The notes: generated by a model not told the origin, from the letters alone. A stretch of 64,000 nucleotides of DNA from Deltaproteobacteria bacterium (GCA_040218735.1 JAVJQW010000011.1:416001-480000), one strand, 5' to 3'; counted from the first letter of the stretch, positions 46,940 to 57,763 are shown. Made by a program: numbers and translations.

Positions 46940-47410
46940 ATGTACTGCGCGTGGTTCGAGTCGCTCCCGCCGGAGATCGGGCGGGAGCTGGCGCTGAGCC
47001 TCATGCGCCTCGCGCCCGGCGGGATGCTGGAGTCCGCGATCCTGACCGCGGATCCGCTCGATGGGTTCGTCCCGCGCCTGAAGCGCCTCGCGTCGGATCC
47101 GCTCCGCGACGCGGGCACCGCGCTGACGCTCGCGACCCTCACCGACTTCACGTTCTTCGAGCGCGGCGATCCCGACACGTGGGACAAAAACGAAGAGATC
47201 CTCGAGCTCCTCGACGAGGCGCAGCAGGCGCTCTACTCCGAAGACGACGCCGTCGCCGGGGACCTGTCGGAGTGGATCGCACAGAACAAGCTGCGCCACC
47301 CGCTCCGCGCGCGGCAGTGGATGAAGGAGCAGAAGTCCTGGCGTGAGCTCCGCGCGGGCGACCTCGCGCCCGAGGCGATTCACCGGGCGCTCAATCGTCC
47401 AACCGAGTGA
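46940..47410 (+). CDS. Hypothetical protein
   Basis: Globular-looking helical ORF with typical codon bias; start ATG 46940. Confidence 0.6.
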   Translation: MYCAWFESLPPEIGRELALSLMRLAPGGMLESAILTADPLDGFVPRLKRLASDPLRDAGTALTLATLTDFTFFERGDPDTWDKNEEILELLDEAQQALYSEDDAVAGDLSEWIAQNKLRHPLRARQWMKEQKSWRELRAGDLAPEAIHRALNRPTE

Positions 47411-47819
47411 CCGCGTCGCGCTGCCATTGCGCGAGCAGCCGGGTCCAAACCCGACCGAAGGAGCGCGGGTCGATGCGCGACAGATCGATCGGCCCGACCT
47501 CCTGCACGAGCGGAAGGCCGGCGACACCGCGAAACGTGGTGGCGAAGTCGAGGGTCGCGCGGCGGCGACGCCCGCGGATGCCGACGCGAACCACGACGTC
47601 GCAGTCGGGTAGACGCGCCTGCGCGTGGGCCGCCGGGATCCAGATCAGCTTGGTCGGGGCCTCGTGTTTGTCGAGGGACGAAGCCAGCGCCGCCTTCAGG
47701 CGGGCGCGATCGAGGTGCACGACCCGCGCGGGCTCCGTGATGCAGACACCGGGCGGCTCGGCGGCGAAGGCGTCGGACGCGCCGAGGAGCAGGACGGCGG
47801 AGGCGAGGAGGAGGCGCAC
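47391..47819 (-). CDS. Hypothetical secreted protein
   Basis: Signal peptide MRLLLASAVLLLGASDAFA. Confidence 0.55.
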   Translation of the reverse strand: MRLLLASAVLLLGASDAFAAEPPGVCITEPARVVHLDRARLKAALASSLDKHEAPTKLIWIPAAHAQARLPDCDVVVRVGIRGRRRRATLDFATTFRGVAGLPLVQEVGPIDLSRIDPRSFGRVWTRLLAQWQRDAVTRLDD

Positions 47820-47965
47820 GTCCTCACCATTCGGCGGGTGCGGCGCGGGGATGAGCCCGGCGACTCGGGTCGAAACGCTCGCGCGGCGTCGGATTTCGAC
47901 CGTCGGGGCGGGAATCTCCGCAGGATCGGTTGCAGTCCGATGAAATTCAGGGTTTCAAGACCCCG

Positions 47966-49768
47966 ATGTACGACAGCATTCCGGCCCGGCTGCAGAAGCG
48001 GGGCGAGACCCACGGCCACGAAGTCGCGCACTACACGAAGTCCGGATCCTCGTGGGAACCGACGACCTACAAGGAGTTCGCGGACGACGTGAAGCAGGCC
48101 GCGAAGGCGCTCATCCACCTCGGGCTCGAGTCGCAGCACACCGTGTGCATCCTCGGGTTCAACCGGTCGGAGTGGGTCGTGTTCGACGTCGCCGCGATGT
48201 CCGCCGGCGGGGCCCCCGCGGGGATCTACACCACGTGCTCGCCGCCGGAGGTGCAGTACATCATCGACCACGCCGAGGCGCGCATCGTCCTGCTCGAGAA
48301 CGAGGACCAGTGGGCGAAAGTCGAGGCCGAGCTCGCGAACCTCCCGAAGCTCGAACACGTCGTGATGATGAAGGGCGCGAAGGTCGAGCACGACAAGGTG
48401 ATGTCGTGGGAGGAGTTCCTCACGAAGGGTGACGAGGTCGAGGACGCCGTCTTCGACGAGCGCCTCGGCGCGATCGATCCGAACCAGCTCGCGACGCTGA
48501 TCTACACGTCGGGCACTACCGGCCCGCCGAAGGGAGTCATGCTCTCCTTCTCCAACCTGACCGAGACGAGCAACCTCGTCGGCAAGGTCGTGCAGGTCGG
48601 CTCCGACGACTCGACGCTGTCGTACCTGCCGCTGTCGCACATCGCCGAGCAGATGTTCACGATCCACCTGCCGATCACCTACGGCGTTCAGGTCTACTTC
48701 GCGGAGTCGATCGACAAGGTCGCGGACAACATCAAGGAGGTGCAGCCCACCGTCGTCTTCGGCGTGCCGCGCATCTGGGAGAAGTTCTACGCGGGGGTCA
48801 CCGCGAAGATGAAGGAAGCGACCGGCATGAAGAAGCGCATCGCGGACTGGGCGCAGCGCGTCGGCCGCGAAGCCAACGCGATCAAGAACCAGGGCAAGCA
48901 GCCGTCCGGCTTCCTCGCGTGGCAGTACAACACCGCCAACAAACTCGTGTACTCGAAGGTGAAGCCGGCGCTCGGCCTCGGGCGCGCGCGCTACTGCATC
49001 AGCGGCGCGGCGCCGATCGCGAAGGAGGTGCTCGAGTTCTTCAGCGGCCTCGACGTCATCATCCTCGAGGTCTACGGCCAGAGCGAGGACAGCGGTCCGA
49101 CGACCTTCAACCAGCCGGGCAACGCCAAGTTCGGGTCGGTCGGCCCGGCGGTCCCCACCGTCGAGGTGAAGATCGCTGACGACGGCGAAATCGTCGTGAA
49201 GGGGCCGAACGTGTTCCTCGGCTACTACAAGGACGAGGCCGCCACGAACGACGCGTTGATCGACGGGTGGCTGCACTCCGGTGACCTCGGCAAGTTCGAC
49301 GAGCAGGGCTTCCTCAACATTACCGGCCGCAAGAAGGACATCATCATCACGGCGGGCGGGAAGAACATCGCGCCGAAGAACATCGAGGCGGCGCTCAAGA
49401 ACACGCCGTTCATCGAGGAGGCGGTGGTCATCGGCGACCGCCGAAAGTTCCTCTCCGCCCTGCTCTTCCTCGACCAGGAGGCGGCGAAGAAGTGGGCGTC
49501 CGAAAACGGCGAACCCACGACCGACCTGAGGAACAACGCCAAGCTGAAGGCGCTCATCCAGGCGGACGTCGACGGCGTGAACAAGCTGTTCGCGCGCGTC
49601 GAGCACGTCCGCAAGTGGACGGTCCCGGCCAAACCCCTCTCCATCGAGGGCGGCGAGCTCACGCCGACGCTGAAGGTCAAGCGCGCTAAGGTGAACGCCC
49701 ACTACGAAGAGGACATCGAGTCGATGTACGCAGAGGGCGACGCGAAGCAGGCCGAATCCGCCGCCTGA
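47966..49768 (+). CDS. fadD: Long-chain fatty acyl-CoA ligase (FadD15-like)
   Basis: IYTSGTTGPPKG; YLPLSH; VYGQSE; GWLHSGD; ITGRKKD; ELTPTLK. Confidence 0.93.
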   Translation: MYDSIPARLQKRGETHGHEVAHYTKSGSSWEPTTYKEFADDVKQAAKALIHLGLESQHTVCILGFNRSEWVVFDVAAMSAGGAPAGIYTTCSPPEVQYIIDHAEARIVLLENEDQWAKVEAELANLPKLEHVVMMKGAKVEHDKVMSWEEFLTKGDEVEDAVFDERLGAIDPNQLATLIYTSGTTGPPKGVMLSFSNLTETSNLVGKVVQVGSDDSTLSYLPLSHIAEQMFTIHLPITYGVQVYFAESIDKVADNIKEVQPTVVFGVPRIWEKFYAGVTAKMKEATGMKKRIADWAQRVGREANAIKNQGKQPSGFLAWQYNTANKLVYSKVKPALGLGRARYCISGAAPIAKEVLEFFSGLDVIILEVYGQSEDSGPTTFNQPGNAKFGSVGPAVPTVEVKIADDGEIVVKGPNVFLGYYKDEAATNDALIDGWLHSGDLGKFDEQGFLNITGRKKDIIITAGGKNIAPKNIEAALKNTPFIEEAVVIGDRRKFLSALLFLDQEAAKKWASENGEPTTDLRNNAKLKALIQADVDGVNKLFARVEHVRKWTVPAKPLSIEGGELTPTLKVKRAKVNAHYEEDIESMYAEGDAKQAESAA

Positions 49769-49787
49769 TCTTTGCGCGCCGATCGCC

Positions 49788-50771
49788 GTGTCCACCGCCG
49801 CCTGCACCGTCGCGCTCCTCGCCACGATCGCGGGCACGACCCCCGACCTGCGCCTGAAGCCGACGCTCGCCGCGCCCGGGGCCGAGGATCCGGCGGAGCG
49901 CGTGGTGCGTTTCGAGGACGCGGACGACGACGTCGACACCTCCCACCCGGCGGTGGTCATCGGCATCACCGCGGGCGTCACCGCGCTCATCGGCGCGTGG
50001 GCCGTCGACGCGTGGTGGTCGGACGGCCTCGAGCCCTTCTCCTTCCGCGACGCGGGTGCGTTCGGGCAGGACACCTACGCCGGCGGCGCGGACAAGATGG
50101 GACATGCGTACTCGATGTACGTCGTCACCCACTCCGTCTACAGCCTCTACCGGTGGCTCGGCATGACGAAGGTCAACGCGGCGCTGTGGACCGGCGCGAT
50201 CGCGTTCACGGTGTCGAACTGGGTGGAGCTGATCGACGGGTTCACGCAGTACGGGTTCGAGGGTGGCGACGTCATCGCGAACAGCCTCGGCATCGGGCTC
50301 GGCCTCCTCACGAAGCTGTCGCCGCGGGCGGAGTCACTCGTCGGGTTTCGGTTGAGCTACGTCCCGAGCCCCGATTTCCTGCAGAACGAAAAATCGGTGC
50401 TCAAGTGGATCAACGACTACACGGGCATGACGTATTACCTGGACGTGAAGGGTAAGGGCGTCCTCGAGCTCATGGACCGCGACCCGGGGCTGTTTAGGTA
50501 CGTCCAGGCGGGCATCGCGTTCAACACGGACCAGTACTCCCCGGTGAAGCGGTGGGAGGAGCGTCGCAGGAATCTCGGCGTTCACGTCGGCGTCTCGATG
50601 TCCGAGGTGCTGCGCGCCTGGGGCGACGGGGACGAGGGGGTCGAACCGATCGCCACGTTCTTCGACTACTACGCCGTCCCGTTCCTGAACTTCGCATTGA
50701 TGAAGGACCTCAACGACGGTGGGTGGTTCATCAACTTCGGAGTGGCGAACCAGTTCGAAAGCCCGCTGTGA
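49788..50771 (+). CDS. DUF2279/YfiM-like protein
   Basis: YAGGADKMGHAY; ELIDGF...GDVIANSLG; DYTGMTY. Confidence 0.8.
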   Translation: MSTAACTVALLATIAGTTPDLRLKPTLAAPGAEDPAERVVRFEDADDDVDTSHPAVVIGITAGVTALIGAWAVDAWWSDGLEPFSFRDAGAFGQDTYAGGADKMGHAYSMYVVTHSVYSLYRWLGMTKVNAALWTGAIAFTVSNWVELIDGFTQYGFEGGDVIANSLGIGLGLLTKLSPRAESLVGFRLSYVPSPDFLQNEKSVLKWINDYTGMTYYLDVKGKGVLELMDRDPGLFRYVQAGIAFNTDQYSPVKRWEERRRNLGVHVGVSMSEVLRAWGDGDEGVEPIATFFDYYAVPFLNFALMKDLNDGGWFINFGVANQFESPL

Positions 50772-52543
50772 AGCGACTCGCCTGGTTGCTGCTGCTCGTC
50801 GCGTGCAAGGGCACGTCGTCGACTTCGTCCGAAGCACCCGACGCGATCCGCTACGTCGCCGTCGTGGAGCTCGACGACGCGGGTGATGTCGTCGCGAGCG
50901 GACCGCTCACCTCGTGGGCGCCGACGGACCCGCTGTTCGTCGCGGCCCGCGGCTCGAACGTCCGGCTGGTGGGGTACGACGAAGCGACGTTGGCGGCGGT
51001 CGGCATCCTCGACGTCGCCGCGGAGGGGCCGCTGTTCCTCTCCGCCGCGGAGGGCTGCGACCCGCGGCTCCCGGACGCGACGTGGATCGCGGCGTGGTCC
51101 CCGAGCGCGGTGCAGACGCTGGACGACGCCCCGACGCCAGCGCTGACCGCACCGCGCCTGGAGTCGATCTGCCCCGACCTGTCCCCCGACATCTCGGTCG
51201 ACGTCGCGTGCGCCGAGCCCAGGTGCACGCCGAACGTCGTGGCGCGCGACGCGTGCGCGCGCACGGTCGAGTTGGACTGCGCACCAGGCACCCAGATGAC
51301 GATCCACGTGGATCCGGCGGGGCGTGTTTGCTCCGAGCTTTCGTCGTCGTTCGGCGCGTGCACGTCGATGGCTTCGACGATCGGCTACGCGTCGAACGTG
51401 TGTGGGTCGTGCCGCATCGACACCTACGCGCCGACCGCCGCCGCCACCTCGGGCCTCGCGACGCAGGTGGTGAAGATCGTGCCCGGAGAGTTGAGGCAAC
51501 CGCGCAACGTCGGGATGAATCGGCAGCCGTTCCGCCAAGAGTTCTACGAGGGCTACGTCCTCGACATGATCGCGCTGCCGGACCGCATCATCGTGCTCGG
51601 CCCCGAAGGCGGGTACGGGAAGCGCTGCAACGTCCCGCCCGACACCGCGAACCCGATGCGCTTGTTCTTCCTCGACCCGGACACGCTGACCGTGACCTCG
51701 TCCCGGGCCACCGAGGTGTGTCTCACCGCGATCGAAGCCGATGTGCACTCCGACGGGTTCGTGGGCGTGTTTGGCATCTTCAAACAGTGGCACCTCGGCC
51801 GCTTCGACCCCGACGGCAACCTCGTGGACCGCGCTGACTTCGACCCCGCAGCCTTTAGCGCCGACGGGGAAGACGGCGGCATCCACGAGCTGCACTTCGT
51901 CAACGATGACGCGACGATCGTGGTCATGGCGAACATCCGCCCCACCAACCCCCCGATCCTCGGAGGCGTTCGGACCTTCGACGCCCGGACCCTCGCGCCG
52001 ATCGACCGCTTCGGCTTCCCGTCGCGCCGCATCGAGTACGCGGCGCCGGGCGAAGGCACGACACTCTACGGCTTCGAGTCACGCGAGCTCGACCGCGACT
52101 GGTACGCCATCGACCTGGAGACCGGGACCCTCAATGGCGTCCGCTCGCTCCCGGTGGACCAGCAGTTCCGCTCCTCGTCCTTCGCCGTGCTCCAAAAGGA
52201 TGGGTATCTGTTCACCGGCGGACGCGGTCACGACGCCGTCTACGCGCTCGACCCCACGACAGATGAAGTCTGGAGCGCGAGCGCCCACGTCTTCGACCTT
52301 CACATCTTCACAATGCAAACGTGGCCCGCGGACCCGAGCCTGATCGTCGTGGCGGGGGGCACGGAGACGTTCTACGCCGGCGGGGCGATGCTCTTCGACC
52401 CGGCCGACCGGCGCTTCCGCTACGCCCACGCGGTGGGTTTCTCGGAGTCGGCCGTCACGAACCTCACCGACGACCTGCGCGGCGGCGTCCTCGGCGTCCT
52501 GCCCTGGACCGGGGAGATCGTGCGCATCACCGCGGATCCCTGA
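50768..52543 (+). CDS. Hypothetical Cys-rich beta-propeller lipoprotein
   Basis: GTG overlaps the previous stop; LLVAC lipobox; Cys-rich middle; beta-rich C-terminus. Confidence 0.7.
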   Translation: MKRLAWLLLLVACKGTSSTSSEAPDAIRYVAVVELDDAGDVVASGPLTSWAPTDPLFVAARGSNVRLVGYDEATLAAVGILDVAAEGPLFLSAAEGCDPRLPDATWIAAWSPSAVQTLDDAPTPALTAPRLESICPDLSPDISVDVACAEPRCTPNVVARDACARTVELDCAPGTQMTIHVDPAGRVCSELSSSFGACTSMASTIGYASNVCGSCRIDTYAPTAAATSGLATQVVKIVPGELRQPRNVGMNRQPFRQEFYEGYVLDMIALPDRIIVLGPEGGYGKRCNVPPDTANPMRLFFLDPDTLTVTSSRATEVCLTAIEADVHSDGFVGVFGIFKQWHLGRFDPDGNLVDRADFDPAAFSADGEDGGIHELHFVNDDATIVVMANIRPTNPPILGGVRTFDARTLAPIDRFGFPSRRIEYAAPGEGTTLYGFESRELDRDWYAIDLETGTLNGVRSLPVDQQFRSSSFAVLQKDGYLFTGGRGHDAVYALDPTTDEVWSASAHVFDLHIFTMQTWPADPSLIVVAGGTETFYAGGAMLFDPADRRFRYAHAVGFSESAVTNLTDDLRGGVLGVLPWTGEIVRITADP

Positions 52544-52545
52544 GA

Positions 52546-53460
52546 TCAGAGCTCGGTGATTTCGAAGCGCGGCACGCCGAAGCGGCGCTGGCCGCGCCGC
52601 GACTCGACGATCCCCGCGGAGCCCTCGATCCCCGCCTTCGCGAACTGCTGGCGGGCGCGGTGGATCATCACGTCGATCATGTTGCGACCGACCTTCAGCA
52701 TGTCGCAGAGGTCGTCGACCTTGCGCCAGCCGCGGTCGGAGAGCGCGACGTCGTTGGCCTCGTCCTCGGCGTACGCGCGCGCGAGGGTGAGCAACAGGTA
52801 GCTGTGCTCGCGCGCCTCGAGATCGGATTCGATGCCGTGGAAGATCGCGGTCGCCACGACCGTCTCCTCGTCGCGGCTCACGGCGAGGCGTAGCGACAGG
52901 TTCGACAGCGTCCGGGCTACCGCGTACATCGGGGTCTCTTCCGCCGCGGCGGGGAGCTCCAGCTTGAAGCTCTTGCCCTCGACCACGATCACCTGACCGT
53001 CGTCGACCGGCGTGGTGTCGCCGTCGGCGTCCTCCATCACCCAACCGACGCCGTCCTTCGACGGGTGCACGGAGACCCGCGGGGCCTCTTCGGTCGGGAG
53101 GACGAGGTAGTCCCCCTCCGCGATGCGCGGCGCCTGGGACTCCTGGTCGACCGCCATGAGGCGCGGCCCCTCGACGTCGATGACGCGCCAGCCGCCGTTC
53201 GAGTCGCCGAAGCCGACGGTCGCGCCGACCTCCAACGCCACCGGCTCGCCGGGCTTCAGACGTTGGCCGTCGACGAAGGTGCCGTTGCGCGATCCGAGAT
53301 CGCGGATCTCCCACGCGGTCCCCATCCAGGTGACACGCGCGTGCTCACCCGAGGCGTAGGCCTCCTCGAGGCGAACGTTGCACCCCGGCGATCGCCCCAA
53401 GAGGCAACGCGAGGACAGGGGGAGCTCGACTCCGTCCGATAGCCGCCGAAACCGCGCCAA
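52546..53460 (-). CDS. FHA-domain protein with C-terminal winged-HTH-like domain
   Basis: LLGRS...ASGEHA...DLGSRNGTFVDG (FHA); LCDMLKVGRNMIDVMIHRARQQF. Confidence 0.85.
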   Translation of the reverse strand: MARFRRLSDGVELPLSSRCLLGRSPGCNVRLEEAYASGEHARVTWMGTAWEIRDLGSRNGTFVDGQRLKPGEPVALEVGATVGFGDSNGGWRVIDVEGPRLMAVDQESQAPRIAEGDYLVLPTEEAPRVSVHPSKDGVGWVMEDADGDTTPVDDGQVIVVEGKSFKLELPAAAEETPMYAVARTLSNLSLRLAVSRDEETVVATAIFHGIESDLEAREHSYLLLTLARAYAEDEANDVALSDRGWRKVDDLCDMLKVGRNMIDVMIHRARQQFAKAGIEGSAGIVESRRGQRRFGVPRFEITEL

Positions 53461-53486
53461 CGCGCGGCGAGTCTACCATGCGATGG

Positions 53487-54653
53487 CTACTGCGCGAGGA
53501 TGTGACCCGCGCCGAACGCCGTGACCCCCGCCGCACCGCCGACGAGCAGCGCCCACCACGGCGGCGCGTCCCGCTCGCCCCACCACAGCGCGCCGAGCGC
53601 CCACGTCAGACCGGCCGTGAGGAGGCCACCCGCGAGCGCGCCCGTGACGACCCCCGAGGGGTTCACGTCCGCCGCGATGGTGGTCGGCGCCGCGCCCGCG
53701 TCGTAACCCAACGTGAGGCCCCCACGAACCGCACAGTCGGTCGAGGACCCCGAGCGCGACACGCAGCTGAAGTCGACGTCGTCGTTCGCGCGAACGAGGG
53801 ACCACACGCCGAACGCGACGCCGGTCGCGGCGACGATCCCGCCGCCCACGAGCGTCGCCGTGCGCAAGGGATGTTGCGCAATGGGCGGCGGGAGGAAGAC
53901 GACCTGGGCGGTGCTCCCGCGCTCGACGTCGACCTCGTGCGCGGAGACAAACGCGCCCGCGCGTCCTTCGATCCGGTGCGACCCCGGGAGCACGCCGGTC
54001 ACCGTCACCTGGCCACGCGGCACCGGGCCGACGATGGCTTCGTCGACGACGAGATCGAACCCCTCTGAGGGGACGGCGACCTCGACCGTCCCGTAGGGCC
54101 TCCACTGACCGTCGGCTTCGAGCTTCGCCCGGAGCGTCTGTTCGACCGTCGCGACGAAGTAGGCCTCGAGCGCCGCGGCGTCCGACGTATCCAACGTCTG
54201 CGGGGCTCCCACGACCGACGACGAGAAGATCTCGGCCTCCGCTTTGTCGCGCCACGACGGATCGCCCCCGTCGAGCCAACGCCGGTAAATCTCGTGCGAC
54301 GCCTTCACATCGACGAAGAACGTGATCAACCGATCGCGCCCGTCCGGGAGCGGCTGAACCGCGAGCGCCCAGAAGTAACGCACCGGCCCCGCCCGCATCG
54401 TCTTCGTCCAACAGCTCAAGCGCGACTCGACCGGACAACGATCGATCGCATCCGGGGCCACGCCGGCGCGCTCCATCGACCACACCTCGAGGCCGGTCCG
54501 CTCCACCAACGCATCCGCCGCCGCCGCGTAGACCGCGGCGCTCGGCGCCTTCGACGTCACGTCCGGCGGCGACACGAGGTACATCGCGGCCGGCACGCGG
54601 TCCGCGACGGAGACGACGTGCGCCGCCACGAGCGCCGCCCACAGCGCGTTCAC
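53487..54653 (-). CDS. Exported/membrane protein with PEGA-like domain
   Basis: Signal-like N-terminus; LVVDE...VLPGSHRIE; C-terminal TM helices; GTGA overlap with the kinase. Confidence 0.65.
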   Translation of the reverse strand: MNALWAALVAAHVVSVADRVPAAMYLVSPPDVTSKAPSAAVYAAAADALVERTGLEVWSMERAGVAPDAIDRCPVESRLSCWTKTMRAGPVRYFWALAVQPLPDGRDRLITFFVDVKASHEIYRRWLDGGDPSWRDKAEAEIFSSSVVGAPQTLDTSDAAALEAYFVATVEQTLRAKLEADGQWRPYGTVEVAVPSEGFDLVVDEAIVGPVPRGQVTVTGVLPGSHRIEGRAGAFVSAHEVDVERGSTAQVVFLPPPIAQHPLRTATLVGGGIVAATGVAFGVWSLVRANDDVDFSCVSRSGSSTDCAVRGGLTLGYDAGAAPTTIAADVNPSGVVTGALAGGLLTAGLTWALGALWWGERDAPPWWALLVGGAAGVTAFGAGHILAQ

Positions 54654-56593
54654 GACGACGCGCGCTCCAACGCACGCAGCGCGCGCTCCAACCCCGCGAC
54701 GTCCGCCATCACTCGGCTCGTCTCCACCATCCGGATGATCCGATCTCGCGCCCGCTCGTCGGAGAGGCGCTTGGCCGCACCGACGAGCCCATCCGCGAGC
54801 GCCTCGAGCGCGTCCGCATCGGACGGCGACGACTTCACCCGCGCGAGCATCGAACGCAAGCGGCCCGACGCAGGCTTCGGCGCTTCCTCGACAGGCGGAG
54901 GCGGCGGTGGCGTACGTGGGGCGACCGGAGTCTCACGCGCGCGGCGACGACGACGCTTCGTCGATCGCGCGGGTTCGATCGGCGGCGGCGCCTCCTCGAC
55001 GGACTTCGCCGTGACCTGCACCGACGGCGCGGCGGTCGCTCCGGGGACCGCCGAGGCCTGAGGCGTCCGCTCCGAGAACGGCACGCCAAACACGGCGATC
55101 ACCACCAGCGCCACCGCGATCCCGACGACCGCCGCGACGATCGGCGCCGCGCGGCTGGGCGAAGAGCGCACCGCCGTGCGGGTACGATCGTCGAAGACCG
55201 CGGTCGTGTCGGGCGACGCGCCGTCGAAGGCCACCGACGCCTGCCCCAGCGGGGCGCGCCCGTCGAGCGGCGTGGGATCGAGGGGAGGCTCCTCTTGCGG
55301 GACGATGACGGGCGTGGGCGCGGGGGCCTCCACCTCGAGCTCTTGCGTCACACCGACGATGGGCGCCGGGACGTCGGAGCGCGACACCACCGCGACCGCA
55401 TCGGTCGGCGCCGCCGTAGGATCGACGACCTCGATCGTCTGCGTGTTCACCTGCGCGGCCCGCGGAACGTCGGGCACGGCATTCTCGGCCGTGGGGAGCG
55501 TCGCCGGATCGAGGACAGACTCCCCGCTCACATCCTCGGACGCGACGATCAAGGAAGACGCACGCCGCGGAACGACGCCGGTGGTGTCTTGCGCCTCGCC
55601 GGGCGGAGCGATCGTGCTGCCGCGGCGGCGTCCGCGCTCCACGACGTACGTCGCGTCGACCTCCGCGAGCACCACGCCGTCGAGCGCGTCGCGCGTCGCT
55701 TCACCGAGCTCGGCGACGGACGTGAACCGCTCCTCGGCGTCGGCCGCGAGTGCGCGCTTCACGACCTCGGCGATCGCGCTCGGCAGCTCGGGACGAACCT
55801 CCCGCACGTCCGGCCGCGCCGCGGTGCAGATCCGACGGAACAACCCCAGCGGGCGGTTCTCGATGATCTGCGGGATGGGTCCATCGTACGCGTGCTGATG
55901 CCCGCCCTGCCCGTCCAGCACCCACGCGCGACGCAGCGTGAGCATCTCGAACAACAACACCCCGAGCGAGTATTGATCCGCGCGGTGATCGATCTCCTCC
56001 CCCGCCGCCATCTCCGGCGCGAGCGACGCGGGGGTGCCGATGATGCGACCGAGCGTCGTCGCGTGGGAGCGGTCGGCGTCCATCAACTTCGCGACACCGA
56101 AGTCCACGACGCGCGCGGACACCTCGTCGCCCGTTGTGTCGAGCAAGACGTTCGCCGCGGAGAGATCTCGGTGCAGCACGTTCTTCGAGTGCGCGTAGTC
56201 GACCGCCGACGTGAGCTCGGTGAAGAGACGAATGAGCAGGTCGGTCGTGAAGTGCCGGTCCGTCGGCGCGCGCCGACCGAGCTCCTCCTTGAGGCTGTGC
56301 CCCGCGACGAAGTCCATCGCGATGTACGGCGCGACGGTGTCCATCCGGAACGCGTGACAGCGGGCGATGTTCGGGTGGTCGAACTCGAGGAGCACCGTCG
56401 CCTCGCGCGCGAAGCGCTCCAGCGCCCGGATCTGTTTACGGAGGTGAGCGTGGACGAGCTTGAGCGCGACCTCGGTCTGCGTGCGCGTGTCCTGAGCGAG
56501 CCACACGGTCGCCCCGCCGCCCTGGCCGAGGCGCCGGAGCAACACGAACCGGTCGTCGACGACCGATCCCGAGCTCGTGTTCTCCTCGGTCAT
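54650..56593 (-). CDS. Membrane Ser/Thr protein kinase (Hanks type)
   Basis: LGQGGGATVW, VALK, HRDLSAAN, DFG, APE, DQYSLG; one TM helix. Confidence 0.92.
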   Translation of the reverse strand: MTEENTSSGSVVDDRFVLLRRLGQGGGATVWLAQDTRTQTEVALKLVHAHLRKQIRALERFAREATVLLEFDHPNIARCHAFRMDTVAPYIAMDFVAGHSLKEELGRRAPTDRHFTTDLLIRLFTELTSAVDYAHSKNVLHRDLSAANVLLDTTGDEVSARVVDFGVAKLMDADRSHATTLGRIIGTPASLAPEMAAGEEIDHRADQYSLGVLLFEMLTLRRAWVLDGQGGHQHAYDGPIPQIIENRPLGLFRRICTAARPDVREVRPELPSAIAEVVKRALAADAEERFTSVAELGEATRDALDGVVLAEVDATYVVERGRRRGSTIAPPGEAQDTTGVVPRRASSLIVASEDVSGESVLDPATLPTAENAVPDVPRAAQVNTQTIEVVDPTAAPTDAVAVVSRSDVPAPIVGVTQELEVEAPAPTPVIVPQEEPPLDPTPLDGRAPLGQASVAFDGASPDTTAVFDDRTRTAVRSSPSRAAPIVAAVVGIAVALVVIAVFGVPFSERTPQASAVPGATAAPSVQVTAKSVEEAPPPIEPARSTKRRRRRARETPVAPRTPPPPPPVEEAPKPASGRLRSMLARVKSSPSDADALEALADGLVGAAKRLSDERARDRIIRMVETSRVMADVAGLERALRALERASS

Positions 56594-56624
56594 CTCCCCT
56601 GATGCTATAGGACCCGCGGACGCG

Positions 56625-57281
56625 ATGCTGCCCCCCGACTTCTTCGATCGCGACGCCCGGACCGTCGCCCAGGCCCTGTTGGGGAAGGTCCTGCGTCGCC
56701 GCTACGGTGACCTCTGGCTCTCGGCCGCGATCGTCGAGACGGAAGCGTACTACCGACGCGAGAAGGGCAGCCACGCGTCGTTGGGGCGCACCCCGAGCCG
56801 CGAAGCCCTCTTCATGCCCGCCGGGACGATCTACATGTACTACGCGCGCGGCGGAGATTCCTTGAACGTCAGCTGTCGCGGCCCCGGCAACGCGGTGCTC
56901 TTCAAAGCCGGGCGCCCCTTCCTGGACGAACGGTCTGGCGCGGAAGCACGCGCGGCGATGCACCGCCTCAACCCGCTGAAGGATCGGCAGCGCCCCGACC
57001 ACCGGCTCTGCGCGGGCCAGACGCTTCTGTGCCGAGCCCTCGACCTGCGCGTGCCGGACTGGACCACGAAGTCGTTCAACACGGAGCTTCACCTCGAGGA
57101 CGTCGGCGCCCGGCCGTCGAGGATCGTCGTCGCGCGGAGGCTCGGCATCCCGAAGGGTCGCGACGAGCACTTGATGTACCGCTTCGTCGACTACGATCAT
57201 CTGCGCAGCGCGACGCAGAACCCGATGCCGCGCAGCGCGGTGGAGGGGGTCGACTACCTGGTGCGAAAGGCCCGCGGATGA
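56625..57281 (+). CDS. mpg: DNA-3-methyladenine glycosylase (MPG/AAG family)
   Basis: FFDRDARTVAQALLGK; IVETEAY; GTIYMY; RRLGI. Confidence 0.92.
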   Translation: MLPPDFFDRDARTVAQALLGKVLRRRYGDLWLSAAIVETEAYYRREKGSHASLGRTPSREALFMPAGTIYMYYARGGDSLNVSCRGPGNAVLFKAGRPFLDERSGAEARAAMHRLNPLKDRQRPDHRLCAGQTLLCRALDLRVPDWTTKSFNTELHLEDVGARPSRIVVARRLGIPKGRDEHLMYRFVDYDHLRSATQNPMPRSAVEGVDYLVRKARG

Positions 57282-57763
57282 GTGACCCGACGAAGCAGAT
57301 GAAGACCATGTCGATGGTCTGTCTGATCCTCGGGCCGATGATGATCATCCTCGCGCTCGTCACCCACGGCGCGTTGCGCCTGTACGACTACGCGGTCGAA
57401 CAGCAGTTGCCGATGGAGACATTGGGCGGCACGACCGACCTCCTCTTCGGCTTCGCGCGCAGCTCCTTCCCCTGGATGCTCGGCCTCGGCGTGACCTTCG
57501 GCGTGACCGGGTTCATCGGACGCGGCGGCGGCCAGCGCGGGCGCAAGTCCCTCGTGGTCGCGGGGTGGATCGGCACGGTCGGGATGGTCGCGCTGACGTT
57601 GCTGTGGGTGCTGGAGGTCCACCGCCTCGACATGCACTGGCTCTGGCACGTCATCGGCGTGGTGCTGCACGGGGTTCAGCTCGTCGCGATGATCCGCGGC
57701 CTCCTCTACCTCATGAGCGAGAAGGCGATCCGCGCGGCGGACGGCGTCGCACCGCAGCCTTGA
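57278..57763 (+). CDS. Four-TM membrane protein
   Basis: ATGA overlap with mpg; four hydrophobic segments. Confidence 0.7.
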   Translation: MSDPTKQMKTMSMVCLILGPMMIILALVTHGALRLYDYAVEQQLPMETLGGTTDLLFGFARSSFPWMLGLGVTFGVTGFIGRGGGQRGRKSLVVAGWIGTVGMVALTLLWVLEVHRLDMHWLWHVIGVVLHGVQLVAMIRGLLYLMSEKAIRAADGVAPQP

